Source: Octopus bimaculoides
Lineage: Eukaryota
Reading direction: 5' to 3'
DNA: 64,000 bases
NCBI RefSeq assembly: GCF_001194135.2
Contig: NC_068982.1
Location: 152,801,993 to 152,865,992, forward strand
In this document: one piece after another, positions 12,240 through 25,115 of the stretch
Layout: each line of letters starts with the position of its first letter
Position numbering within the stretch: position 1 is the stretch's first letter
Made by a program: the position numbers and the translations under genes
Notes under the pieces: model-generated
Database searches by the model: none
The model's input: the letters and a program-made list of their open reading frames with translations, nothing else
What the model was told of the DNA's origin: nothing

Positions 12240-13550
12240 CAATAGTCAAGGCCTGTCGTGCCATCTATTTTTCTTTTGTAATTGACCTTTGAGGTGCTTC
12301 AATTTTCATGATCATTTATTTTGTGTGTGGAGACCACAGTGGAAAATAGTATTCACGGAGGAATCGGGCAAAATAGAGAATTGAAGGATAATGATGTGAA
12401 TATCTCTCGACTGGAAAGTTCTGAGATTCAGGATGACATTCTGCAGGCCATGTCAACTTTTCTGTCTATATGAGTTTANNNNNNNNNNCTACAATTACTC
12501 CATGAGAGTTTCACCTGAAGGAAGGGAGTATGAGAGTTTCAGGATATCCCCTTTTCTGAAGTGGATTAACTCAAATTTCTCCTAGTTCTGCAGCACATTC
12601 TTTTCCGCCCATTGCATGACGGCCAGTAGTTCTGACTGAAAGCATGCCCGGTCACCCATTGATGACCTTCTGGATCTTGGAATTATCTGCAAAAATTCTT
12701 ATGTTAATGTTCTTGATGTTGTCATTAACGCCATTGATGTAGATGATGAAAAGAAGTGGGCCCAGCACAGGGCATTGTGGAACACCGTTACTGACTTTGG
12801 CTGAGTTTGATTTTATTCCTTCGATTACAACGTGTTGGGTTCTACCTGTCAGGAAACACTTGATCCATTGTGGTAACTTTCCGGAGACACCAATGTTGGA
12901 TAGTTTTACAAGAAGATTTTACGATCTACTTTGTCAAAGGCTTTGCTGAAATCAGTATGCAGTAGATGACATCAATATTCGAGACTTCTCCCAAAGATCT
13001 CAAAATGTCATCGAGGTGATGCAGGAGTTGCGTTAGGCAATTCCTTCAATTACGGAATCCACGTTGGTTGGGGTTCAGCAGTCTGTTGCTTTTAAGAAAC
13101 TGGGTCATCTATGATCTCATCACCTTCCCAAATACTTTGATGATATAAGAGGTGAGCGAGATCGGCTGGTCGTTCATTGCAAGGGACTTGTTTCCCTTTT
13201 GAAAATTGGGACAACAGACTTGGACAAAACTTTTTCAGGAATATAACCTGCAAAAGAGAATAACACTTTGGGGTTGAGTTTGATTTTCTCAACGACCCAT
13301 TTCTCCTCAGCTGCTCTTTGGTTAATGATGATGTCATCATGCATTGTTGGAGGTTATGTTGTTTTGATTCGAGCAGGCTGATAGCCGTCGAATTTATGTG
13401 TAGCTGTTGACAGTATTGTAGCTTGTTAATCTTTTTGTTCTTTTTATTTTTCTGATAATCGATTTTTCTGTTTTTGGGAATTCTGCACTTAGTTTTCTTC
13501 ACAGGTCTTGGTGATCTGTGTTTAGCACATATGTTTGTGACAGTGCCTAC
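12240..13550 (-). mobile_element. CR1-like LINE reverse transcriptase fragment, disrupted
   Basis: Minus strand: FLKSNRLLNPNQRGFR..CLTQLLHHLDDI..DVIY..DFSKAFDK..GVPQCPVLGPLLFIIYIN..IRIFADNSKI, with stops and frameshifts. Confidence 0.85.
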
Positions 13551-14394
13551 AAAGATCTGCCAAGATATTTTGATGCTGGAGGAAGTGTGTGTATGTGTGA
13601 AAGACCAGTCAACATGTGATAGATCGTCTATACATATATGTATATATATACATATATGTATGCATATGTATATATGTATATATATATATGAACATATATA
13701 TTGTGCATGTATNNNNNNNNNNNNNNNNNNNNNNNNNNNNNNNNNNNNNNNNNNNNNNNNNNNNNNNNNNNNNNNNNNNNNNNNNNNNNNNNNNNNNNNN
13801 NNNNNNNNNNNNNNNNNNNNNNNNNNNNNNNNNNNNNNNNNNNNNNNNNNNNNNNNNNNNNNNNNNNNNNNNNNNNNNNNNNNNNNNNNNNNNNNNNNNN
13901 NNNNNNNNNNNNNNNNNNNNNNNNNNNNNNNNNNNNNNNNNNNNNNNNNNNNNNNNNNNNNNNNNNNNNNNNNNNNNNNNNNNNNNNNNNNNNNNNNNNN
14001 NNNNNNNNNNNNNNNNNNNNNNNNNNNNNNNNNNNNNNNNNNNNNNNNNNNNNNNNNNNNNNNNNNNNNNNNNNNNNNNNNNNNNNNNNNNNNNNNNNNN
14101 NNNNNNNNNNNNNNNNNNNNNNNNNNNNNNNNNNNNNNNNNNNNNNNNNNNNNNNNNNNNNNNNNNNNNNNNNNNNNNNNNNNNNNNNNNNNNNNNNNNN
14201 NNNNNNNNNNNNNNNNNNNNNNNNNNNNNNNNNNNNNNNNNNNNNNNNNNNNNNNNNNNNNNNNNNNNNNNNNNCATGAAATACTTAAACAAACGAGGGA
14301 AAATGAGTTAAATACATAAACAATCGAGGGGAAAATAGAAATCAGGATAAGTTAGCACAGAAGAGGACCCTTCATTCTTTTTTTCTAAACGCCT

Positions 14395-14730
14395 CTCCCA
14401 GCCGTCACTATTTTTCTCTCGTTCTCATCTAACGATCCTCCTTATTTATTTTCGTTCGGTTTCCTTGAATGTCTCCACTGTTATTTTTTTGTTCCCAACT
14501 TTGAACCTCCACAGTTCTTAAATTTTATATTGCAACTTATGGGAGGAACAATCTTTGACGATTCATATTGTCGTTGAATGCTCGAAATGAGGAGTAGATA
14601 GACAGCTGATAACTGCTGAACGGTCCTTTTTCTTTGTTAACTTGTCCTGTTTTCCATTTTTTCTTGTTGTTTACGTATTTCATATAATTTGCACCCTTTT
14701 ATGACGTCCTGTACCCATACATATTTGTGT
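14395..14730 (+). mobile_element. Interspersed repeat copy; a short opposite-orientation piece of the same repeat lies at ~14280-14378
   Basis: See 11870-12145; 14320-14375 (aaatcaggataagttagcacagaagaggacccttcattc) matches the reverse complement of ~14610-14670. Confidence 0.75.
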
Positions 14731-16116
14731 GTTCAGCATAATACCTGATATATGCTTTAATATAATTTACTACAAGTAGTAGTCTAAATAGTATTTCGTC
14801 CTAAAGTCTATAGTCATGAGGCCTATACATATGATGAAGAAATATTCATAAGATTGCACATCAATTCTGCTTTTTAACTTTTGAATATAAACAAAATTAA
14901 TTTCTTATTCAGTCCGGTAGTTGAAAGATTATTAGGGATAACATACACAACTACTATTATGATAATGTATTTGTAACCATATAATTTACGACTTTAATCA
15001 GTTATGAATCTCATTTAGCTGCTTAACAGACCACGAGAGATATCATACTGTTGGCTAGAAGATCAGAAAATTATACATATGATGACAGTATTTTGTTTCG
15101 TTCAAATATCTCATATTGATTAACTAAAAGATGGAATTCCCTAAAGTCTTCATAGAATTTAAATTTCGTATGTAATTTCTCTATTTATGAGATATTGCTG
15201 GATGAACAAACGTAGGCTGCAGCACATTAATTAAATCGTTTATAACGAAAACCTAATTCGTTATCGTTTACAAAATCAATAAAATCTTTACAAACACAAA
15301 CAAGGGAAGTAGGCAGAATCACTAAGAGGAACAGAGCAACATCAAAACCTGATTCAATGAAATTTGTTGTAATATCAACAATAAATAAAGCAACAACAAT
15401 AAACCAATCAGAGAGATTCTACGTGATTACTCGAACCGTTACATATAACAATCAAATTTTGCTCAAACTACATTCTATAGTCCTGATGGCTGACATAGTA
15501 GATGATATAAAGTAGAGAAGACTCAAAAGAAAAAAAAAGGAAAGGAAAAAGTAAAGGTAAACTGACAGGAAACTCATATCTTAATTCAGAAGATTGCTCT
15601 GATTGGGCTGACCTGGTGGTAACTGACAATGGTAATATCGAAGTGGTCTAAGACAGAAACAGAGAGACAACTAGTAAGTAGAGATAATAGTCTTGTAAAA
15701 TTTTTCTTTTTATTTTTTGTTGTCGTGTTGCTTTTAGTGTGTTTATATTGTTTCAGATTCTTGAACCAGATGTCGAGAGCTTATCTATGACTTGTGGATT
15801 CTTCCTCCCATCAGAAAGTTCATGGCAGCTGCCCTTCTATTGACTAATCATTAACTCCTTGAAGAAGCGGATAACTAATTTAAATGGCCACTGCGCTTAA
15901 CTGGAGCTCATTTTATGCATTTCACCCGATACAAAAAGCAAGAAAGATCTGAACGTGATATAAACTCCGACAGATTATTATTCAGAATCGAGATAGTAAA
16001 AATATATAATCTATGGTCATTGCCTTCGCCTTCGTCAGTATTTAACTGTTGTAAGTAGCAATTATTGCAGAAATTTAACAATCAGAAGGTGGAGGAGGAG
16101 AGACAAAATAATTATA

Positions 16117-16117
<1 letters not shown>

Positions 16118-16167
<50 letters not shown>

Positions 16168-16290
16168 CAGCAGCAGCAGCTGCACTAGTANNNNNNNNNN
16201 GAGGAGAAGAAGAAGAAGAAGAAGAAGAAGAAGGAGGAGGAGGAGGAGGAGGAGGAGGGGAGGAGGGGGGAGTTGCTGCTGATGATGGTG
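16118..16290. repeat. Compound trinucleotide microsatellite (AGT)n(AGC)n-gap-(GAA)n(GGA)n
   Basis: Direct reading. Confidence 0.9.
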
Positions 16291-16589
16291 ATGTTGAAGA
16301 AAAAGAAATATTGGACCATGTTTTTCATCAATAACAATGGAATCTAAAATGTCACAACTACCACTATACATTCCAGCAATGATTTCTACAATCATAAAGT
16401 ACAATAAAAAAGGAGGATAAAATTTTTAGCAGATTTCCAAACTTTCTCAGTAAAATGTTGAGTATTCTAGTTTAACTATATCAGTTTCTTCAATCACTTA
16501 TTCATCTGATACGCGCCGATGCAAGAAATCCTTCGATTAACTGGAGATTTAGCTCAAAGGATTGAAATAGAAGGACCACACTAAAGACA

Positions 16590-17030
16590 ACCAGTTGGCT
16601 GAACAATTAGCACACCGGGAAAAACGCTTTCGTCCGCCTCTACTTTCTAAGTTCAAATTCTACAGCGATTGATTTTACTTTTCATCCTCTTGGGGGTCGA
16701 TAAAAGAAGTATCGATTAAGCTTTGGGACTGATGTAATCGACTTACCTCCTCCTCCGTAATGGCTTGCTTTGTGCCAAAACAGGAAACCATTATTATTAA
16801 TGCAAAGCAACGAGCTGGCAGAGTCGTTAACATGCTGGGTAAAATGGTTAGCAGTATACCATCAATCTTTCCGTTCTGAGTTCAAATTCCGTCGAGGTCG
16901 ACTTTGGCTTTTATCACTTCGAGGGGAGATAAAATAAGTACCGGTTGAGGACTGGGGTCGATGTATTTGACTTACAATCTTCACCAGAATTCCAGGACTT
17001 GTGCTTTCAGTAGAAAGGATTCTTATTATT
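16590..17030 (+). mobile_element. Two tandem SINE family A copies (16590-16800, 16805-17030)
   Basis: Each has gttcaaatt B-box, a gtcgac/ttt..catc..gataaaa core and a (TTA) tail. Confidence 0.75.
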
Positions 17031-17049
17031 ACAGCGGTAGCGAGCTGGA

Positions 17050-17870
17050 TGCAGAGAGTGCGATTGATGTTAGCTTCTTTTTAATTGTTTTATATTTATA
17101 GTTGTTTGTTGCTAGGCATTGTTCATATGTTTGTATTTATACATTTTTCTTCAGTGTATGTTATAAATTGTAGTATAATCTTTATTTATCGAGACAAAGT
17201 CGGGTTATATCTTTCATGTCGTCATTCTTCTTTATTACGTTAATCAGTTTATATTTCCTCACTTCTAACAATTTTTTTTAGTCCAACTGTTGTTATTTTG
17301 TAGTAGATGTCGAGATATCTATTTTTATTAGAACCATTCTTCTTGAGTTTGGGATAGTTATATTCTCTCTATATCAGGTCTTGCGGTAATTCAGAATGTT
17401 ATCTATAGTTAACTGATGTTTAATTTCACTTATTTTTAATTGTTTCGAAGCTAGAAAGTTTTGTAACTGGTGTATTTATGTATATGAATGACTTTTATAT
17501 TATTTTTAGCATACAGCTTCGTGCTTAATATTGGTTTAACTATTTCTATAGTATTTTTTAAAACTTTGTCCTTCCTATCTGTTTGTTATATTTAAAAACT
17601 TTAAAGTATTCATTATAAATATTTGCGGTTCAGATATAAAAGTTTTATTTCAACGTCTGCATCTAATGTCTTCATCATTAGTGACTTAGCATCTCTTTTA
17701 GTAACTCTAACTCTTGTTGCTCCAATATTCGTTATAAGTGTTTTGAGGCTAATGGAATCAGAGTTAAGCAAGAGAGTAGATGGAACAATATGCTTGCCTG
17801 GAGCTTCTATCTTTTTGTGGGTATAAGCATGTTTAAATTACTAACACCTTACCCTCTTTCTTTATATGGG
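17050..17870 (-). mobile_element. Decayed Penelope-like element 3' relic
   Basis: KNNIKV (~FNRNNxKVSY) and RLCL-like motifs on the minus strand in PLE order; many stops. Confidence 0.4.
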
Positions 17871-17959
17871 TCTATAAAACAAGTATCAGTTGAGCAATGG
17901 TATAGAAGTAACCGCACCTAAAATTTCAGGTCTTGCGTCTTTAGTGAAAAGGTTTATTA

Positions 17960-18835
17960 TTGCCACCACCACCACCAGCGACAATGCTTTTCTCCGTACC
18001 ATTGTCACAGCGGCAATGCTCTTCTCAGTACCTGTGACGTACTAGTTAAGATAATCTGTTTCACTTCCTGCATGGATAGTAAGCCAGTGATTATTCTTAA
18101 ATAATTTCCAGTTCCTTTTTTGGTCATACCAAGAGCTCCTACATCACTGGTATTGTAACCGTCTTGAGATGCCACATCTTTTCGATTTCGATTACCAGAT
18201 CTTTATATTTCCTGAACTTATCAAATTCTTTTGCGAGATATCATGGTCACAGGGTCACAGGGTATGCTCATGTCAATTAATAAACAGTCTTTATTGTCTT
18301 GATCTTTCATAACAATATTTGGTTTATTTGCTTTAATGGTCCGATCTGTACATACTAGAAAGTCCCAAGGAATTCTTACATTTCCCAAGGAATTGTTACA
18401 TTTTCTCCTCAATTACAGCCTCAGGGTGTTGCTTGCACCATTTGTCAGCAGTTTTGATTTCCTAATGCTGATACATTATCCAATGTATATATTGGCCAAC
18501 ACTGTCATGTCTCGATTTGTACTCTACATGTGCTAAAACCTTACACCCAGAGATAGATTAAGTGGCCCACTGTTTCAATCTCATCGTTGCAGTATCGGCA
18601 CTTTCGGTCTACACCATTGGTTTGATAGTTCCGTGTCAAAAACCTCTGGTCTTGAGCAGTCAAATAAAGACTTCACTCTCTGCCTTTAGTCCACAGATCC
18701 GCAGCCACTGATGGGTATGCTTCTGGTCTACATCAGTTTGTTTGCTACGAGCCTCATATTTGCCATGCAGAGGTTTTTGTTCCCACCTATTAGCCAATTC
18801 TTCAAACGCATTATGTTTTGCTACTGATTTCACCT
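17960..18835 (-). mobile_element. 5'-truncated R4/Dong-like retrotransposon (zinc knuckle + REL domain)
   Basis: WEQKPLHGKY..WLRICGLKAESE..CRYCNDEIETVGHL..GCKVLAHVEYKSRHDSV..WDF..TDRTIKANKPNIV..CLLIDMSIPCD..KYKDL..VLRRALPL*. Confidence 0.9.
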
Positions 18836-18841
18836 CTTTAG

Positions 18842-18842
18842 A

Positions 18843-18912
<70 letters not shown>

Positions 18913-18922
18913 TTATTATTAT
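18842..18922. repeat. (ATT)n microsatellite abutting the 5' junction of the R4/Dong-like copy
   Basis: Direct reading. Confidence 0.9.
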
Positions 18923-19789
18923 CATGATAATGAGGAGGAGGAGGGTATCCTCATCATCGTCATCATTATTTATATGGATGCCATTATATTTTTAAGGATT
19001 TAATTAAAAGTGAAAGAATTTCTTGGAAAACATTTTCATGCCAATTGTGCCAGCTGTCAGTCAAAATGGAATTCATTCAATGCTAAAAAGTTTTTAATGG
19101 AAAACGAAGAAGCAGTGATGCAGAAAACAATGCAATCTAATTGTTGGTTTCGAAGAATACAAGTGAATTGAAGAGTAAATAGTAAATGTCTAATGTTTAG
19201 AAATTTAAAGCTAAACAGAGTAGTATTAAGCAAAGAAATACAGTATGTAATATAATAGAAAGTGATATATATTAGACTTGTGCGAGGACATTTACTGAGA
19301 CTATGATATCTTCTCTGAGACATAATTAAATAATTCTTAACTCCTCTGACACTGAGAATGGTCGTAGCGTTACTTGGTTGTACTTGTTTGCATTACTAAG
19401 AATGGAGAGCGTTTGGTGTCGTTAGCGCTCTGATGCTACATACATGGTGGATTTTCATCCTTGTGAAAGGTTGTTGTAGTTGGTCCTATTTATATCGTCT
19501 TTATACATTCATATATGTGTCTCTCTTATATTTATGTCAACAAGTTAATACGTGTGAATATAATTTAGTACATCCGTGGTCCTATCACTCGTTAATTTTA
19601 TAACTATGTCTATAGATTCTCAAGCATATTTTAAACCTTCATTGTACCACGTTGGTGCAATGAATGAATGACATGGCTAAAAGAAAAATAAATAATAATA
19701 TTGATGCTGCTGCTGATAATGAGTATTATAATTATTAATATTATTATCAGCATCATCATCATCGTCGTCGTCGTTGTTGTTATTGCTGT

Positions 19790-20110
19790 TGATGATTGAG
19801 TGAGCAGCACATGCCTTCAAGGTGACACTGGGGTGCAAATATCTCAAGCCCAATAAACACGACTGATTAGAGCACAACAAGTATATCCTTCGTAATCATA
19901 TGCGTGCGACATGGTAATCTCATATCATGATAAACGGTGGATGAGTTTGCAGGTGGGGCCTATTTAGAATTTCCTTCAGGTTGAGTAGTCCATCCTGCTG
20001 ACCTTGAATAAAGGCTGTATAAGAATGACGAACGAAACATCCATTTCCTACGGGTAAATTATTCAGGCCTCTCAACTCAAGGCAGTGATGTTCCCACACT
20101 ACTCCTGCTA
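19790..20110. mobile_element. Unclassified interspersed repeat (SINE-like)
   Basis: attgagtgagcagcacatgcc..gtgacactggggt..gcaggtggggcc..gagtagtccatcc resembles an abundant Octopus repeat from recall only; begins at a degenerate trinucleotide tract. Confidence 0.4.
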
Positions 20111-20120
20111 CATATATATA

Positions 20121-20151
<31 letters not shown>

Positions 20152-20214
20152 GTCTACACCACCTGTCTTCGTCTTTTGTTTTTTTGCGAATTCTCCCCCT
20201 ATATATATATGGGG

Positions 20215-20432
20215 GTGGTGGTATGTGTTTGTGCTTGGTGTGCCCCCTCACCGCTTCACAACAGGCGCTGGTTTCTTTACATCTTCATAACAGTAGCAGT
20301 TGGGCGAAAGGAACGGATAGAAAACTTAAAAAGTAAGTGCTGGAGTCGAATCGTTCGACTGAAATTCTTGAAGGCATTTCCCAGCATGGCTGAGGTTTAA
20401 TGAGTCAAACAAGTAAAAGATAAAAGATAGAG
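20215..20432 (+). mobile_element. SINE family B 3' half
   Basis: ggagtcgaatcgttcgact..ccagcatggc..aaacaagtaaaagataaaagat; reverse-complement match to 43700-43910. Confidence 0.65.
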
Positions 20433-21321
20433 ATATTACGTATTTTGAGCCAAGGTTTAAAATATGTAAAATCTTTATAAATTTTATCTCTTACTTGTTA
20501 AAGACATGCGGTCAGAGAGAGGTTTACTTACCCCCAAAGACGTGTGCACAAACATTCAAATCTTGATGAATCCCTATAGATATTCATAATGAGAAAGCTA
20601 TTCTAGAGCTGTAACCCCCAGGAGGAATAGAGAGATGTTGAACAAACGACCCAGTTGATACCTGCCTAGTGGTATTTCCAAAATGAAGGAATGCAAAAGG
20701 AAAAAGAGTACGGTGGAGATAGTGACTCTATGAAATAATGACATTATAGTATTTTTTCCCTAAGTAGAGAAACGACGGAAGGTGAAATTATGAATTATAA
20801 TGTTTTCTTATTGTTAACTTGATTAGCTACTTACGCAACGCTATACGGTATACATATGTAATCATCCTCCTAACCACATTTTATTATTTTGATCACGTCT
20901 AGTAACATCGCAATCATAGATAAATGCACGAGGACACCAATGCTGCTCATTTTAGCTATTTAACGATCAGTTTGCAATTCATGAAAAAGTCAGCTGTGGG
21001 TGAAATTACTAGTGTTAACTAAAATGTTTAATATAACACACTCTAATTATAGAAAATATAAATGGTCTCTGAACATAATCACGTGTTTCACATAATAGAA
21101 CTGCAATGATTTAATTATTTTTCTTTAAAGATGGATTCTAATCTTATTCTGAATGGAAGAATAGAAGGTGTGACGGTGAGGAATAAATTTTGAATAGTTT
21201 TCTAGATGATAGGTTAACTCCTTACAAATTGTTGCTATTAATACGCTAAGATTCTAACGGGAAATGTAACTACTTAAACTTTTCTAATGATTAATATTAT
21301 TATTATTATTATTATTGTAGC

Positions 21322-21432
21322 TCTTCTTCTTCTTCTTCTTCTTCTTCTTCTTCTTCTTCTTCTTCTTCTTCTTCTTCTTCTTCTTCTTCTTCTTCTTCTT
21401 CTTCTTCTTCTTCTTCTTCTTCTTCTTCTTCC
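21322..21432. repeat. (CTT)n microsatellite
   Basis: Direct reading, perfect array. Confidence 0.95.
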
Positions 21433-21434
21433 TA

Positions 21435-21900
21435 TCATTAAAGCGGAGCTGGCAAAATCATTAGCACGTCGAGAAAAATGCTTAGCGGAATTTTGACCGT
21501 CTTAATTTTCTGAGTCCAAATTCCGACTTTGCCTTTCGTCCTTTCGTGGTCGATAAAATATGTACTAGTTGAGTACGGGGTCGATAAAATCGACTTAACA
21601 CCTCCCGTATAACTGCAGGCCTTGTGCTAAAATATGAATGAATCATTATTATCATCTTGTTAAGGCGGCGAACTTCAGATTGGTTACCGCGCCGGAAATA
21701 TGCTTAGCGGCATTTCGTCCGTCCCTACGTTCTAGTTTAAATTCAGCCGGCTCTTTTAAGTCTTCAAATAAAATGCCGCCGGTATCAACTTGGCTTTTAG
21801 TTTTCTGGTGTCGATAAAATAATGTACCAGTCAAATATTAAGTCAATGTAGCCCACCAATCCCATCCCCTTAAAATTACAAGTCGTCTCCCAAAATCTAT
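21435..21900 (+). mobile_element. Two tandem SINE family A copies (21435-21650, 21661-21900)
   Basis: aaagcggagctggcaaaatc.. and taaggcggcgaacttcag.. heads, atgcttagcgg, gtcgataaaat cores. Confidence 0.75.
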
Positions 21901-21904
21901 ATCA

Positions 21905-23600
21905 ATTATTATTATTATTTGATGAGAATTCCCAGTTTATTTTGCTGGGTGCGATGGAAAGTGTCAATTTTCCACAGTCAGCAGACGAAGGTGACACTTG
22001 TTCACTGATCATACTTTATGAACCCTGCGAAGAATTCTTGCAGTTACAAGCAATGCTGATTTTTTGTAGGTTTTCTCTTCTCATTGATCAAAACCTTTGC
22101 GTTTCCTACTTCAAATGGTCGTAGTTGTTCAGTTTTTCTTCTTTTTTTATCCTGTTGGCGTGGGGACATGGTATGGCGATTATCATGCAAGTCTTTCTTT
22201 TTTATTCACTACAACAATGTCCGGTTTCCGATGTGTTGTCAGGTGATCACACTGAAGTTTTTATTCTCGGCTGTCCAGTTCTGCCTCCGTTTTTATAAAT
22301 AGCATCAATATCAGTGAAGAATATCAGTGGAGACACAATGTCACCTTGGAATTTTCCTCTCTTGATTTTCAACTTTCCTAGTACTTGCTTCCCTGCTGTC
22401 AATTGCATTCTCCAGCATTTCATGCTAAGGTTTCTCATATTATCTGCTGTTGTGCTCATCCAATAATTTTGAACTCCATCCGGTCCTGGGTTCTTCCAAT
22501 TAGGCAACTTTCTTAAATGCTTTTTTTATCTTTATGTCTTCTTGGACTTCTATATTTCTTAATCTATCTTAGATTTCATGCAGCCGCTCTCCAGAATGCC
22601 TTGCTTTCCTCTGCATCTGGTATCATTGTTACGTGCATTTGCCCATCTAGTTCCTGAAACAGTTTCTTCTGATTTGCTTCAACAATCTGTTTTACCTGAA
22701 CTGTCTTTTTCTATTGTCATATATTTCCAGTTTTGCTTTGATAGCCACTACTCTTTGTTTCAATTCTTCCAATATCATATCATAACCTTTATGTCTTTTT
22801 CTATATGATCTTTTCAGCATTATTCTTATGCTGTCGTTCTGAAATTTCCCTCTTCTCAATCTATAAACTTGTCCTAATTGTCTTTTTAATTTACTTTGTT
22901 TCTCACAAATTCGTCTACACCAGTATGGTTCCTTACGTTCTATTTGTTCTCTTCTTTTGTATCCAACTCTATCTGCAGCAACCATAGCTGCAGCCCAAAT
23001 AATCTTGTTAGCTTCAGTTATATTTCTCGTCTGGAATAGCGCAAGAACCGACTCTATCTCTTCGGTTTCAACCTTGAGCTTGCGTCGATCAATGTACCTC
23101 AGGTTGAGGGTGGTAGTGCTTGATCCTGTCCTCACTATGTCTTGTTGGTCATCATCGTATTCTTGTGATAAAGCACTTCATATTACTTCTGCTTCATTCA
23201 CAGAGAATGCATTAAGATTTACATTTTGCTCTACGTCTGCACTGCCACCTTTCATTTTTCTGTTCTCATTGAGCATGTTATCTATTGGTGAAGTATTATT
23301 TCTATCTTCTATTTTCCTTTTTATCTCTTCTATTTCCATATTTGTTAACCACCCTTTTGCTCTTTTTGTTTTTGCCTGCTCGGCTAATCGTTGCTCACTT
23401 GTTTCGATGTGTCCTATCTCATTCCATTTTGCTTTTATTCGTTGTCGGAATTCCCTTCTGCTGGGTTCACTCCTGATTTAGCATTCAATTACTGTTCGGT
23501 TTACCTCTTTATCCCACCTTCTTCTCTGTCTCTGGCTTTGTGTACGATCAGTCTCTGGATGATGACCGGACCTGCGCTGCTCAACCATTAACAACATTTT
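21905..23600 (-). mobile_element. Internally deleted R4/Dong-like retrotransposon retaining N-terminus, RT scraps, REL end and (TAA) tail
   Basis: RRWDKEVNRTVIEC..EQRLAEQAK..GWL (N-term); IIWAAA..KEPYWCRR..EELKQRVVAIKAKL..RQFR; PNWKNPGPDGVQNYW; IKRGKFQGDIVSPLIF; HRKPDIVVVNKK; LQKSALLVTARILRRV*, then aataataataat. Confidence 0.9.
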
Positions 23601-24459
23601 TTGATACAGTTGTATTAGACATTTTCACTCAACATTGAGGTATGTGTTTTAAGGTTAGCCATCAACCGGTATTTTTATCGAGACACCATCTCTAGTAAGA
23701 TTGTCAACCAAGACTCNNNNNNNNNNNNNNNNNNNNNNNNNNNNNNNNNNNNNNNNNNNNNNNNNNNNNNNNNNNNNNNNNNNNNNNNNNNNNNNNNNNN
23801 NNNNNNNNNNNNNNNNNNNNNNNNNNNNNNNNNNNNNNNNNNNNNNNNNNNNNNNNNNNNNNNNNNNNNNGTTGTATTAGACATTTTCACTCAACATTGA
23901 GGTATGTGTTTTAAGGTTAGCCATCAACCGGTATTTTTATCGAGACACCATCTCTAGTAAGATTGTCAACCAAGACTCCAGAGCTCTACTCCCCATAAGT
24001 TGGGCCTATTCCCTTCGTATTCCCGTGTGTTGAGGACCATGATCTTGATTCTCACTAGGAGACAAGTGAGTGTCAGTTGGTCCTGTATATTCAACCAAAT
24101 ATTGCTTCAGAGTTAAGACCCTATTCGCGGTTCATTCACCTTCATTCCAGGCGTGGAGCCGTTGAACGCTTACAGGTTGTCCCCACTGTGACTAAGGAGT
24201 CATATCTTTCCCAGTTTTTAAATCAGAGTGTTCCTTCTCTTAGACAGATTGTCAACCAAAGTTCACGAGTTCCGTCTACACGTTTTCGGAATGGCCATTA
24301 TACTTTTAAGTTACTCTGCCTTTTGCTGGGTTTTGTTTTTAATCCCGCAAGTTGCCGAAAATCCACCCTTCTCATCAAGCAAGCTTCGTGGGGTTCCCTG
24401 TTTAGTCCCAGAGGACTCAACAGTTTCATAACACCACTTGTTAATCATTCTGGGTAATT

Positions 24460-24792
24460 ATGAAAGAAAGAGAAAAAGTTGAGATATATGGAGACTTGAG
24501 AATAGAGATCGCTAAGATGTGGCAGCTACGAGAGTCGAACATAAAGGTTATCCATATTGTTTTCGGAGCATTGGGTTCAATACCACCCAATCTCGCAAAA
24601 AACATCTGAAAGCCTTAGAGACACCCTACAATCTAGATGTATTGCAAAGGTCGGCATTACTTAGAACTGCACGCATATTGCGTAAAGTACTGTCTGAGGT
24701 CCTTGTTGTGACTTGACAAACAGTACAAACCCCAGTAGATACAATATCTTCAATCAGCAACCTCACGATATTGTAAACTGTGCAGCGTCTAT
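24460..24792 (+). mobile_element. Short 3' end of an R4/Dong-like retrotransposon
   Basis: KEREKVEIYGDLRIEIAKMW..FGALG (frameshift) ..LQRSALLRTARILRKVLS, short 3' UTR, then a long (TAA)n. Confidence 0.88.
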
Positions 24793-24915
<123 letters not shown>

Positions 24916-24924
24916 ATAGCTACT

Positions 24925-25115
24925 ATCAGCACTCTAGCTTAATATTTGTTCTATCTCTTCGTAGTGAGTTCAAATCTCGTCGATACCAACGTTACTTTTC
25001 ATCCTTTCGAGGCTGATAAAATAAAATCTCAACCAAATATCATGGTCGACTTTATCGACTTAGACCCTTCCTCAAAAATTGCTGACCTTGTACCAGAAAC
25101 CGTGACAATTGTTAT
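24925..25115 (+). mobile_element. SINE family A
   Basis: gagttcaaatctcgtcgataccaacgttacttttcatcctttcgaggctgataaaataaa. Confidence 0.7.

Noticed and set aside
21905-24792. Single twin-primed (5'-inverted) insertion
   Set aside because: The minus-strand copy has its own REL end and tail, so these are two independent insertions.
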